64,000 nt of DNA from Octopus vulgaris (Eukaryota): positions 32,488,001 to 32,552,000 of the forward strand of contig OX597815.1 of assembly GCA_951406725.2 (NCBI GenBank), written 5' to 3'. The translations under genes were made by a program, and so were the position numbers. Numbering within the stretch: position 1 is the stretch's first letter; each line of letters opens with the position of its first letter. The notes beneath the pieces were generated by a model. That model saw nothing but the letters and a program-made list of their open reading frames with translations, was not told the origin of the DNA and made no database searches. Of this stretch, positions 41,473 to 54,330 are shown in pieces.

Positions 41473-43445
41473 AAACAGGCTTTCAGTTTCCATGTGCCAA
41501 ATCCACTCACTGGTTTCCATACTCTCTTGATACATTTATCCAATCCAGGCTAAGCGCTTTATGGGTGTGAAACCCAGGGTAACCCCATAGACTGGCCATA
41601 ACTATCTTTATCTAATTATCATATTCTTTTATTCTTTTCAGCCATGCAGCTGTGGTTATGCTGGAGCACCACTGTGGATATAAATTTAATAGGTTCCAGC
41701 AAGTTTTGAACTTGCAACCTTCTGTGTGTTAAGTATATGTGATAACCACTACATATAGTCCACTGGCAATGGTTGACTGACTTTATGAACCACATTTCTT
41801 CAGATAGAGCAATCACCAGCTATCTGATACCACTTGTCAGTGGGGATAGATAAACCTTTTAGGTTTTGCTTGACAGTGTCCTTGAATCTTGATTTGGGCC
41901 TACAAGTGTTTTGATAGCCATCTTTGAGAATCTATCATTGCCAATTCTTGCAGTGTGGTTTGTCCAATGGAAATTTTTCTGCATCAATAAATAGTGCATG
42001 GATTGAAAATCAGCCTTCTTGGGGACTTAAGAATTCGAGATATGATGTGAGAGAGGAAGGGAAGAAATAATGAAAGATGTGAGTGGGAATAATGAAAGAG
42101 AGTAAGGAAGTGAAAGAACAGTTTTTCAAATATGCAACAGCTAATTGCAACTCAAACAACTCAAGAAATTCTGTCACAGAGAAACCGTTTGACTTTGAAC
42201 TGCAGAAAAAAAAGCAAACCCAAAAAACAGAGATTATCATAGTATGCCAATGTACAGTGTGAAATGGAGAATAGAGTAGTGCTGCATAAATACCAGAAAC
42301 ATGAGAAGAAGCATGATTGTGGTTCAAGATAAAGAGAATAACTGAAAGAAGACAAAATGAAGCACAAGAAGAAAGTGAATTAGAAATGTTTAGAACTACT
42401 GAAAGGAGACAGAAATAATCCTACCATTTTACTTCCACACACTCTTGGAGAACATGTCATGTCTCTATTACAGCCAAAAACCTGCTATCATACTATTTAT
42501 ATATTCACATTGTCAGTTAATTTAGACATTTGGAATTCATACTGCCTGTTTTCTAAAGATTTGATGATAAATAGTCAGAGTGAAGGAAAAGAAAAACTTT
42601 TCCGTTTGATCATTCAAGCATTCAAAACTGTGTGTTTGTGTGTGTGTGTTACATTTCTATATAGAAAACTATTGATTATTTTTTTCATCATCTTATCTCA
42701 TCAAAGAATTGATTCCAATTCAATGTTGGGGCCCAAGCATAAAAAAGAAAACATGAACACATTTCGGTGGTGGTAATGGCAGCAGTTATCACCATTGTCA
42801 TGGTGGTGGTGATGATGATGATGATGACGATTTGTTTTCTGGTTGATTGCCTAATTGGAATGAAACTGAGCTACCTTATAACAAAAATAGACAGAGTAAA
42901 AATAAATTAAAAAATGGGTTGTTTTTAAAAGTGCACAAAAAATTCACAAAACAGCAAGAACATTAAACTCTTATCTTTTCAAACATGAGTAAGAATTTTT
43001 ATTAGGTGATGATCACTGTTGTCGGTTTTTTTTCTGTTTGTTTGCAGGTAGAGGATTTTTTTCCCTTGTCTACTTTGTAGATTATATTATTGATTATTTT
43101 TCAAGGTTGGGGGAGAGTAAATCCAATTTCCAGAGAATATTCAGCAGAATTAGTTTGCAAAGATCATTTCACCTAATTGATGGTTTTTTTTTTTTAGTGA
43201 GCGTGATAAAGAATAGCTTTGATGCCTGTATAACACACACACACACACGCGCGTGCGCGCATGCACGCACATACACACACACACACGTACACACTGATAC
43301 ATGTATATTCTTTTACACTTACTTGCTTCAGTCTGTTGACAGCAGCCATGCTGAATCACCACCTATGCATATGTGCATATACATATGTATGTGTTATATA
43401 TATGTGTATGTGTGTGTCTGTGTGTGTTATATAAATGTATCCATG

Positions 43446-43486
<41 letters not shown>

Positions 43487-43489
43487 AGA

Positions 43490-43546
<57 letters not shown>

Positions 43547-44758
43547 CATCATCATCCTCATAATTTAATGTCTGTTTTCCATGCTGGCATAGGTTGGGTG
43601 GTTTGACTGAGGACTGGTAAGCCAGAAGGCTGCACCAGGCTCCAATCTGATCCGGCAGGCTTCTACAGCTGGATGCCCTTCCTAATGTCAATCATTCCAA
43701 GAGTGTAGTGGGTGCTTTTTATGTGCCACCAGCACAGGGGCCAGTCAGGCAGTACTGGCATCGGCCATGCTTGTATGGTGCTTTTTACATTCCATTGGTA
43801 TGGGTTTATGTCCCACAGACATAGACGTGCCACACACACACACACACACATATATATTCTTTCCATTTTACACTCCTTTTCTCCAAAATGAAGCATATAT
43901 CAAAGAAGTATGTCAACATTATTCATTACATTTTAATGATTTTTAAAAGTTTTTTTTTCTGCATTTGACACTTTTTCCATTTTTATTTTTTTGTATTTTT
44001 AAAGAATTTCTTTTAGAGGTTTAAAATATAAAGATTGCGATATATTTATCTTGCCAGTCTATAACTGCAATGGATTTAAGTTCCTAAAATGTGTTTTTTT
44101 TTCTTTTTTGTATTTTATAGATTGTAGAGACATTTGTATAGATTTTAAACTTTGTTTTTATTTTAGTGTTGTTTTATTTCAGCCTGAGTGAAGCCACACT
44201 TCAACAAATAAATGTTTTATATATATATGATGATGATGATGATGATGATATATATTTATATATCATCATCATCATCATCATCGTTTAACATCCGTTTTCC
44301 GCGCTAGCACGGGTTGGATGGTTCAACCGGGGTCTGGGAAGCCAGGGGCTGCACCAGGCTCCAGTCTGATCTGGCAGTGTTTCTACAGCTGCATGCCCTT
44401 CCTAACGCCAACCACTCCGCGAGTGTAGTGGGTGCTTTTTACGTGCCACCTGCACAGGTGCCAGAGAAGTCTGCCATCGGCCACGATCGGTTGGTGTTTT
44501 TAATGTACCACCGACACGGAAGCCAGCCAAGGTGGCGCTATATATATATATATATATATATCTAAAGGCCTGGAATTTTTGGGGAGGGGTCCAGTTGATT
44601 AGATTGACCCCAGTATGCAACTGGTACTTAATTTATCAACCCCAAAAGGATGAAAGGCAAAGTCAACCTCAGTGGAATTTTAACTCAGAATGTAAAGACA
44701 GACAAAATACCGCTAAGCATTTTTGCCTGGCGTGCTACTGTTTATGCCAGCTCTCCAC

Positions 44759-44809
<51 letters not shown>

Positions 44810-45543
44810 GGAATATTTAAGAAGGTGAATGAATTATCCTAGTATGGATAATTCGGTTAACCGATACCTGGGTAGCAAATTCACGTCAGAAAACATGGTT
44901 GAAGCTATATGCCAAGGGCAGGGATCCCGTGTTCTTGTGTGTAAATTTGTGTGTTTTTTTTATAGCATTTAACTATTTCTATAATAAGCATATGTCGCAA
45001 ATGGCATGCTAAAATAGGTGATGCTCAACAGACTGAAAAAAAAGGCGACAATAATAATTATTTCAAATTTAGGTACAAAGCTTGCAATTTGTGGGGTTGG
45101 AGTGGCTGTGTGGTAAGTAGCTTACTTACCAACCACATGGTTCTAGGTTCAGTCCCACTGCATGGCACTGGTTCTAGGTTCAGTCCCACTGCATGGCACC
45201 TTGGGAAAATGTCTTCTACTATAGCCTCGGGCCGACCAAAGCCTTGTGAGTGGATTTGGTAGACGGAAACTGAAAGAAGCCTGTCGTATATATGTATGTG
45301 TGTGTATGTATGTGTGTGTATATGTTTGTCTGTCTGTGTTTGTCCCCCTAGCATTGCTTGACAACCGATGCTGGTGTGTTTACGTCCCCGTTACTTAGCG
45401 GTTCGGCAAAAGAGACCTATAGAATAAGTACTAGGCTTACAAAGGATAAGTCCTGGGGTCGATTTGCCCCAAAATTGGAATTTCCTATTTAATAGACTTG
45501 TTTATATTCTGTTTCTATTTCCTTTCTTTTTTCTCTTTTCTAG

Positions 45544-45594
45544 AACCAAATTTCAGAGAAAATTGACTGCCCTTGGAATCACCTCCTCTCCAAT
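45544..45594 (+). CDS. 51-nt phase 0-0 exon (NQISEKIDCPWNHLLSN), probably part of the transporter N-terminus
   Basis: Long polypyrimidine tract ending ctcttttctag at 45543, an open frame of 17 codons, and donor AAT|gtaagt at 45595. Frame-compatible with the flanking exons. Confidence 0.6.
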
Positions 45595-45658
45595 GTAAGT
45601 ATTGACTGCTTTAATGTACAATGTAGTTTACTTTTTTGTTCATTATAAGCCCATGTCA

Positions 45659-45870
45659 GGCAGCGAGCTGGCAGAAATGTTAGCACCCTGGGTGAAATGC
45701 TTAGCGGTATTTCATCTGGCTTTATGTTCTGAGTTCAAATTCTGCCAAGGTTAACTTTGCCTTTCATCCTTTTGGGGTCAATAAATTAAGTACCAGTTGT
45801 ATACTGGGATCGCTCTAATTGACTAGCCCCCGCCCCAAAAATTTCAGGCCTTGTGCCTAGAGTAGAAAAG
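45659..45870 (+). mobile_element. SINE family B
   Basis: ggcagcgagctggcagaa...gagttcaaattc...gcctttcatccttttggggtcaataaattaagtaccag. Related copies at 1-131, 25288-25494, 44563-44760 and 60400-60608 (all -), and 34727-35060. Confidence 0.8.
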
Positions 45871-46336
45871 ATTACAGGTCCATGTTCACAAATGCATATA
45901 TGAATTCATGCATACACAAATGCACATATATATTTACATATGTGTACAAAGAGCCATCAGTAGATGACAACAACAACACCAAAAAACACAGGTGCTACAT
46001 TCTTGCACTATACCTTCTCTATACATGAAATACATGCAATGAAAGCCCTCAAAGCCATTAAAATATGCAGCTACACTATGGTAATTTTTCATAGTAACCT
46101 CAGATGTTAAACAATGCTAAATCAGCATCCCAGAGATTCTTTAAGGCCAGAAGTACATCAAGTTTGATTAGATGCTGAGCACCTGCTAGCTTAAGTATGA
46201 CCTATATTTAATTACTGTTCATACATATGAGACTGAAATTTTGCTACATGTATAAACTTCTTGTCTCACATCCCAAAAAGGCTGAGAGGCAAACACTCAT
46301 TCATCAACATGCTGTGTGATGAATTACTGGCTGTTG

Positions 46337-46735
46337 GGCACAGGAGTGGCTGTGTGGTAAGTAGCTTGCTAACCAACCACTTGGTTTCAGGTTCAGTCCC
46401 ACTGCGTGGCATCTTGGGCAAGTGTCTTCTGCTATAGCCCCGGACCAACCAATGCCTTGTGAGTGGATTTGGTAGATGGAAACTGAAAGAAGCCTGTCGT
46501 ATATATGTATATATACATATGTGTGTGTGTGTATGTGTTTGTATGTGTTTGTCTCCCTAGCATTGCTTGACAACCGATGCTGGTGTGTTTACGTCCCCGT
46601 CACTTAGTGGTTCGGCAAAAGAGACCGATAGAATAAGTACTGGGCTTACAGAGAATAAGTCCTGGGGTCGATTTGCTTGGCTAATGCCAGTGCTCCAGCA
46701 TGGCTGCAGTCAAATGGCTGAAACAAGTAAAGAGT
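46337..46735 (+). mobile_element. Full-length tRNA-derived SINE, family A
   Basis: Near-identical to the reverse complement of 33219-33626. Another copy at 45098-45466 carries a 31-bp tandem duplication of the B-box region at 45138-45199. Confidence 0.85.
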
Positions 46736-47286
46736 ATGCATGAAAACATCCTTTTCTTGATGACTATTTTGCTGGTGTTGTAATGGTTATGAAACATCTT
46801 TCAGTTAATGATGGCGTATGACTTTTCCAGGTGATGCAGCTAAGGTTCTTCACTACTGTATAGCTGCAGCATACCTTCAAATAAGCCAATTGATGATTTC
46901 TATGTTATTGATTCTGTTTGTGAGAGATGCTGAGAGACAAACCTAAGAGGGTTGTATTAGTCACCTGCTGAGCAGGAGTCGAAGGAAAATTTTTATTCTT
47001 TCCTTGACAGCATGGAATAAACTGTCAGAGTTCTAATCACTCAGGTGTTTGTTATAAAATGGGGAGCCGAGTGAGTTGTTTTGATTAGATAGTGATCAGG
47101 TGATACAATGAAGAGTCCCAAAACTGGTTTATAAGGTGGGTGTGGAGGTTAGAAATAGGTGAAGTGTGTTTGGAAAGTTTGTGTGTTGATTTGGGGAAGA
47201 GGAAGGTGAAGAGGTTAACTGATTCAGATATTTTGATATGTACGCTAGCAGTATTGGAGTGGGATGAGAGCAAGAACAGATAGGAA

Positions 47287-47338
<52 letters not shown>

Positions 47339-48205
47339 CTTGTGTGCTGAAGTCTCCAAGATAATTTGGAGAGTTTTTGTGTGATCTCTTAAATTAATAG
47401 AAATAACAGCCAAGTCTCCCTCTGATCCTACACTATCGCCTTAACTACGAAAAGGACACATTGGACAGTGTAGACGTAATATCCTAAAACAGCCAGAACT
47501 GTCATGACTGGAATGTCTTTGATCGTAAATCTACAAGAATAGGGCTGACCTAGTACAACAACTTGAGAGGAAGCCAAGTTGAGATGTCTTCAATGTGGAC
47601 TGAGAGATTGTTAAACAACTGCTGGTGGTTGGAGTAATTCAGAGAATGGTACAGAGAGTGGCTGAAGTGACTGGAATGTTGAAGAGAGGCTTTGAGTTAC
47701 AGTTAGTGGAAACCTTGTTGCAAATGTCCAACTGAGAGAAGTGAGTGGTAAGGCAAGTGGATTCTTATATAAGCACGGATTCCACCTTGCTGGACGGCAG
47801 AAGCTGCTTATTTGAGAGAGGATGATAGGTTTGTGTCTTTAGATACTACTTGCTACTGTAAACGACACTGCATAATTAATGATTTTGTTTTTTCAGGTTT
47901 GTAACATGTACAGGTTTGTTGGCTTTCAATGCAGATATGTTTTTATACACAAAGTAAACATTACAAATGACAGCAACCCTGGGGACTGGAACGATGTTAT
48001 GAATTTTTAATTGTCTAGGAAATTAATATGAGTTTTCCTTGGTCTATAAAGTTTTCTAATGCATTTATTACATAAAACAACTAAAAAAGAAATAGAGGTT
48101 CAAAATAATGAATACAACTTTGGTAGCTATCAAATTTTATGCAGTAAGTTAAGATAAAAATATAAAATCATTTTAAGATAAAGGAAAATTAATAGCAGTG
48201 CTAAA

Positions 48206-48253
48206 ATGTAATATATATGTGTGTATGTATGAGTGTGAATATATGTGTGTGCA

Positions 48254-48307
<54 letters not shown>

Positions 48308-48789
48308 TGCATGCATACTTATATATATATATACATACATACACACACACACATATATATATATTTGCACTCATGATCATAAGAGTGTTGTTTCAATTTC
48401 ATGTTGCCACCTTGCTGGCAAAAGTAATCTTGCGCTGGACTGAGCATCCTGCCCGGTGATGGGAGGTGGGATATATATACGACGGCAGAAACTGGGGAAA
48501 CTGGTCTTATGAACCTATGGTTCAGGAAGGACCTTTGATCCTTTTTTTTATATTATTATTTTTATCATCATCATCATTATTATTATTCTTTTGATTCTCA
48601 CTGTCCTATTTATGGTTGTTCTTTACTTGAAAGCAGGCAATAACAAATCACCGAAGGTTTGAAGTAGTACCTTCTCCTGTGACTCGAAGAGACAACACTC
48701 TCCTTAGAATGCAAGCTGTACCCAACAATGTTGTCTTTTGGATCACTTCAAGCCTGACAGCAGCTCCTATATTCTTAATATGATTTTCA

Positions 48790-48876
<87 letters not shown>

Positions 48877-49194
48877 TTTAAAAATTTTTTTTTATATATT
48901 AGTGAGGACGCATGGACTAGTGGTTACAATATTGCATTCATGATTGTGAAATTACGATTTCAATTCCTAGACTGGGTGGTGCGTTGTGTTCCTGAGCAAA
49001 ACAGTTCATTTCATATTGTTTTGCAATCACTTCGGCACTTGTCGTGTGGCACATGTTCAGGCATCATTGATTTGGCAGAAGGACTGAGCTGATGTACAAC
49101 ACATACATTTGATCTCTATAAACCAAATCATTTGTGCAAGTCATTCAGCAAAAGCTGAACACTCACAAGTCATTTTTGATAGGAGAGTCCATTA

Positions 49195-49270
<76 letters not shown>

Positions 49271-49572
49271 TAATGGACTCTCCTATCAAAAATGACTTGT
49301 GAGTGTTCAGCTTTTGCTGAATGACTTGCACAAATGATTTGGTTTATAGAGATCAAATGTATGTGTTGTACATCAGCTCAGTCCTTCTGCCAAATCAATG
49401 ATACCTGAACATGTGCCACACGACAAGTGCCGAAGTGATTGCAAAACAATATGAAATGAACTGTTTTGCTCAGGAACACAACGCACCACCCAGTCTAGGA
49501 ATTGAAATCGTAATTTCACAATCATGAATGCAATATTGTAACCACTAGTCCATGCATCCTCACTAATATATA

Positions 49573-49609
<37 letters not shown>

Positions 49610-50095
49610 TTTGAAAATCATATTAAGAATATAGGAGCTGCTGTCAGGCTTGAAGTGATCCAAAAGACAACATTGTTGGGTACAGCTTGCATTCTAAGGA
49701 GAGTTGTCTCTTCGAGTCACAGGAGAAGGTACTACTTCAAACCTTTGGTGATTTGTTATTGCCTGCTTTCAAGTAAAGAACAACCATAAATAGGACAGTG
49801 AGAATCAAAAGAATAATAATAATGATGATGATGATAAAAATAATAATATAAAAAAAAAAGGATCAAAGGTCCTTCCTGAACCATAGGTTCATAAGACCAG
49901 TTTCCCCAGTTTCTGCCGTCGTATATATATCCCACCTCCCATCACCGGGCAGGATGCTCAGTCCAGCGCAAGATTACTTTTGCCAGCAAGGTGGCAACAT
50001 GAAATTGAAACAACACTCTTATGATCATGAGTGCAAATATATATATATATGTGTGTGTGTGTATGTATGTATATATATATATAAGTATGCATGCA

Positions 50096-50145
<50 letters not shown>

Positions 50146-50191
50146 TGCACACATATATTCACACTCATACATACACACATATATATTACAT
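48206..50191. repeat. ~2-kb near-perfect palindrome centred on (TA)n
   Basis: 48206-49198 is the reverse complement of 49267-50191. The centre, 49199-49266, is pure TA. Confidence 0.97.
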
Positions 50192-50790
50192 GCCTTTATC
50201 TTGGTGTCTCTAATATTTTGTGAAGCTATTATTTCAGAAGTTCACTGTACATGGGTGTGAGTGTATGTTGTGGTGGCAGGGGTCTCTTAGAACTTGTGTG
50301 TCATTGTCCTTCAGATTTATCTTCTTGAACTTACAGGTGACTATGTAAGCACAAGTCTTGTCATAGCCCTTTTGTCTTGCACACACAACTGATTGCTTAT
50401 GCTACTTTCTACACTCATGTTTATCATTGATATATTGAGTCTAAGATGTGTTAAAATATTGGGTTCCAACAAAGCTGATGCATCCCCACTTTTTCCTTCT
50501 CTTTCTTTACCTTTTGATCATTGACTGTTTTGTTTTAAGGTCTCCAAAACTGATGGGAAACAAAAACAGGAAGTTATCAGCAAACTAGAGGTCTTTCTCA
50601 AATGCTTGTAACAGAGTGAACTCTGCTAAAGGCACCTGAAAACCAGGTAGTGCTGTTAAAGCAAGCAATTAATTAATTCTAGCCAGTGATTTCTGTTCAT
50701 GCATATTCTTGCCTCATTTTATCTAAAAGTGAAAATATTTGTCTGTATGTATGTATGTGGGTGTATTCATTGTATTTGTTTTCTATCCAG

Positions 50791-50955
50791 AACATAATGA
50801 GTAATGATATATCAGAACAAAAAGAGCTCCCTGTTGTCAGGAACAAAACTAACAGCATTCAGACGAAGACTTTAAATCGAATACGCCGCAAGTCTCTACA
50901 GTATAATATTGAAGATAATCCACCATTGCATCTTACGTTTTTGTTTGGAATACAG
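50791..50955 (+). CDS. SLC23/NAT (NCS2) transporter exon, N-terminus to start of TM1 (...LQYNIEDNPPLHLTFLFGIQ)
   Basis: Acceptor ttctatccag and donor CAG|gtgaga. YNIEDNPP-x6-FGIQ matches the SLC23 'Y.IED.PPW....LGLQ' signature. 55 codons, phase 0-0. Confidence 0.92.
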
Positions 50956-51819
50956 GTGAGATATTTTTGTCACATACCATTGTTTTTTTTTCTTTCTCAT
51001 ATACCTCTCTCTCTATCCATCCATCTATCCATCCATCCATCCATCATCATCATATTCATCATCATCACCACCATCATCATTATTTAATGTCTGTTTTCCA
51101 TGTCAGCATGGGTTGGATGGTTCAACAGGTGCTGGTAAACCAGAGAGCTACACCAAGCTCCATTTGTCTGTTTGGCATAGTTTCTTCAGCTGGATGCCCT
51201 TCATAATGCCGACCATTTTATAGAGTGTACTGGGTGCTTTTTATGTAGCACCTGTAGAGTTGCCAAGTAGCTTGCAGGGCAAAGACCTCTTAGCTGAGAG
51301 AGGGAGTGGAACCAAGGGAAGTGGCTGTGTGCCTGGTAGGAGATTACAGTATAATAGAGGGACAGAGATAGTGTCTTACTATAGAGGGGATACTTAGTTA
51401 CCCCAGTAGGACAAGGAAGGAAAGGAAAGGGAGAGAGAACTAGGGAAAGGTGGAGAGAGAGAGAAATAGATAGTGTTAGAGATATATTGGGGCCAGGGTA
51501 GGTGTTCCATATATGAGGGGAGATGTTTAGAGATGGGGAAGACATGGCTGTTGCAAGTGATGGTGAGAGAAAATAGAGTGGTTGGGAGAAGGTGGTGTGG
51601 TAGATATGTTAGAGTGTGGAAAGGGTGTGTTTAGGCACATGAGGGAGAGTAGAGGGACTGTAGTGGGTGATGATCATGGATAGTAGTGGGATGGGGGATG
51701 TTGGGATGATGGGTTGTAGGGTGTTTTGACAGAGGACAGATTATGCACGTAAGTGGTGGGGGAGACATGGTCATAAATGACATGCCTGGATTATGGATGA
51801 GCACAGTTTTTACTTAGCT

Positions 51820-52239
51820 TCACATGTCTTGTCAAGCACAGCAAATTTCTAGAGATCTTGGTCCTTTATCATTTCCTCTGTGAAGCTCAACATCTGAAGA
51901 TTGTTTCTCACCACATCGTCCCATGTTTTCTTGGGCTACCCCTTCCACAGGTTCCCTTTACAATTAGAGATCAGCACTTCTTGATGCAACTCTCCTCATT
52001 CAAATGCATTGTATGACTGTAACAATGCAGTCTTCTCTCTTGCAGATTGCATCTGATGCCTCTAATACCCAATTTTTCTCTTAAAACACTTACACTCCAT
52101 TGTACCTGTCCAGTGGAGCATTCTGGATCCATTTCTTTGAAGCCTTTGCATGTCCTCTATAGTCACAGCCCATGTTTTCATTGCCATGTAGCATAACTGT
52201 TCATACACAGGTGTCATGCAATCTGCCTTTTAATCTGAG
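51820..52239 (-). mobile_element. Inverted fragment of the same RTE-like LINE family
   Basis: The reverse complement resembles 52710-53110 (aaaggcagattgcatgacacctgtgtatgaacagttatgctacatgg; aagaaaacatgggacgatgtggtgag). Confidence 0.7.
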
Positions 52240-53675
52240 GAGAAGTTTCAGGTGTGGAAGCAAGGTCTAGAATTGAAGGGCCTTAGAGTCAATCTAGCAA
52301 AAACCAAAGTCTTGATAAATAGGAAGGCAGAAAAACCACGAGTCCCTTCAGGTAGACGGCCCTACTCGATCTGTTGAAAAGGCATAGGTAGAAACTCCAT
52401 AAGATGTACCCAGTGTAAGCTATGGAAATATAAGAGGTGCAGCAATATCAAAGGAAGGCTCACTGGGAAGATAGTTTTTGTATGTGGCAAATGCTCAGAG
52501 GAAATAAACACTGAAAATGTGCAGAAAACAGCTTCCGTTACATTCCAGGGGGGAAAACTAGAAGTAGTTGATAGCTTCCATTACCTAGGTGACCAAGTCA
52601 GTAGCAGGGGTGGATGCTCTGAGAGTGTAGTTGCTAGTATAAGAATAGCCTGGGCAATGTTCAGAGATCTCTTACCTCTACTGGTGACAAAGGGCCTCTC
52701 ACATAGAGTAAAAGGTAGACTGTATGATGCATGCTTGTGAACAGCCATGCTACATGGTGATGAAACATGGGCCATGACTGCTGAGGACATGCGTAAGCTT
52801 GCAAGGAATGAAACTAGTATGCTCCACTGGATGTGTAATGTCAGTGTGCATACTCGACAGAGTGTAAGTACCCTGTGAGGAAAGTTGGACATAAGAAGCA
52901 TCAGATGTGGTGTGCAAGAGAGAAGACTGCTCTGGTATGGTCACATGTGTTGCGTATGGATGAGGACGGCTGTACGAGAAAGTGTCACATCCTAGCAGTT
53001 GAGGGAACCTGTAGAAGAGCTAGACCTAAGAAGACATGGGATGAGGTGGTGAAGCACAACCTTCGAACATTGGGCCTCATGGAGATGATGACAAGTGACC
53101 GAGACTTTTGGAGATACGCCAAGTGAGACTGTAACCGTGGCCTGTGCCAGTGCAGCATAATCAGCCTGTTTAAGAGTGCTCTTCAATCATTGGGCAATAA
53201 ATTGCACTTGTGAAGACCTGTTGAGTCAAGTGAAGTCATTGTCATGTCTGATGAAAGTACCACCTGATTGGCACACATGTCAGCGGCACATAAAAAGCAC
53301 CATTCATGTGTAGTCGATGCCAATGTTGCCTGACTGGTCCCATACCAGTGGCACATAAAAAGCACCATTTGAGCATGGTCATTGCCAGTGCCACTTGACT
53401 GGCTCCTGTGCTGGTTGCATGTAAAAAGCACCATTCAAGCATGGTCGATGCCAGTACAGCCTGACTGGCCCTCATGTCAGTGGCATGTAAAAAGCACCCA
53501 CTACACTCTTGGAGTGGTTGGCATTAGGAAGGGCATCCAGCTGTATAAATTTTGTCAGATCAGATTAGAGCTTGGTGCAGCCTTCTGGCTTTCCAGCCCT
53601 CAATCAAACCATCCAACCCATGCCAGAATGGAAAGCGGATGTTAAATGACGACGACGATGATGATGATGATGATG
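52240..53675 (+). mobile_element. 5'-truncated RTE-like LINE: RT C-terminal region, 3' UTR and (GAT)n tail
   Basis: LRVNLAKTKVL, KLEVVDSFHYLGDQVSSRGGCSESVVASIRIAW...KGRLYDAC and RARPKKTWDEVV, broken by stops and frameshifts. It runs directly into the abundant 'gtaaaaagcacc...catgc.ag.atgg...gatgatgat' 3' end. The clade assignment is from motif resemblance. Confidence 0.8.
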
Positions 53676-53679
53676 ACAA

Positions 53680-54330
53680 TGGAGTGGCCCCTTATTACAA
53701 ACAAAGGTAGTAACTCTCTGAACTTCGCCCAGCCTGTTCTTATTCTAGCAACTATGCTTTTAGAGCATCTTCCTTCACTGTTAACTTGGTGCCTAGGTAG
53801 TGGATTTCTAATGATCCCTCTGAATATTTGAAGAGGTCTATTTTCTGTTTATTGTCCCTGCACATCTGCCACACAGAAAGACTACTTCCTCTGTTAACCT
53901 TCCTGTGATGCCACCGCACCTCTTATGAGTCTATGGCTTGCACTAGGTACATTGTTCAGAATTTCTACCCGCATCTCTTCTACATATCAAGCTGGGCCAT
54001 CTCCCTGGGTGGATTAGTAATGTGTTTGTTTTCCTACTTACTAGGACTTTGGACTTTGCTAAATTTACTAAGGCCAGTTGATTCCAGACCTTGCTCCCAC
54101 ACCTGCAATTTCTTCTCTAGCTCTGGCAGTGATTCAGCTATAAAGACAAGGTCATCAGTGTAGAGGAGTTCCCAAGAATAGCCAGTCTTAAATTCCTGTT
54201 ATAGGCTGGAAGACAATGATAAACAAGATGGGGCTGAGAACTGAACCTTGGTGAACCCTTACCTCTACACTATATTCACTTTACTGAAGGCATCCTTGTA
54301 CATGGCTTGTACAGTTCTCACCAACCACTT
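53680..54330 (-). mobile_element. RTE-like LINE RT fragment
   Basis: The - strand reads GVHQGSVLSPILF and PWELLYTDDLVFIAES (RT YADD-like motif), then sequence homologous to 52240-52690. Confidence 0.75.

Noticed and set aside
47897-47960. Acceptor-like tttttttcag at 47896 (also 2762, 16337, 41180, 43047) as extra exons
   Set aside because: I found no strong in-frame donor or homologous peptide, and such sites are expected by chance in AT-rich introns.
50686-51087. Whole 133-aa ORF as a single CDS (likewise 59967-60245)
   Set aside because: Only the splice-bounded parts resemble SLC23. The rest is intron read-through.
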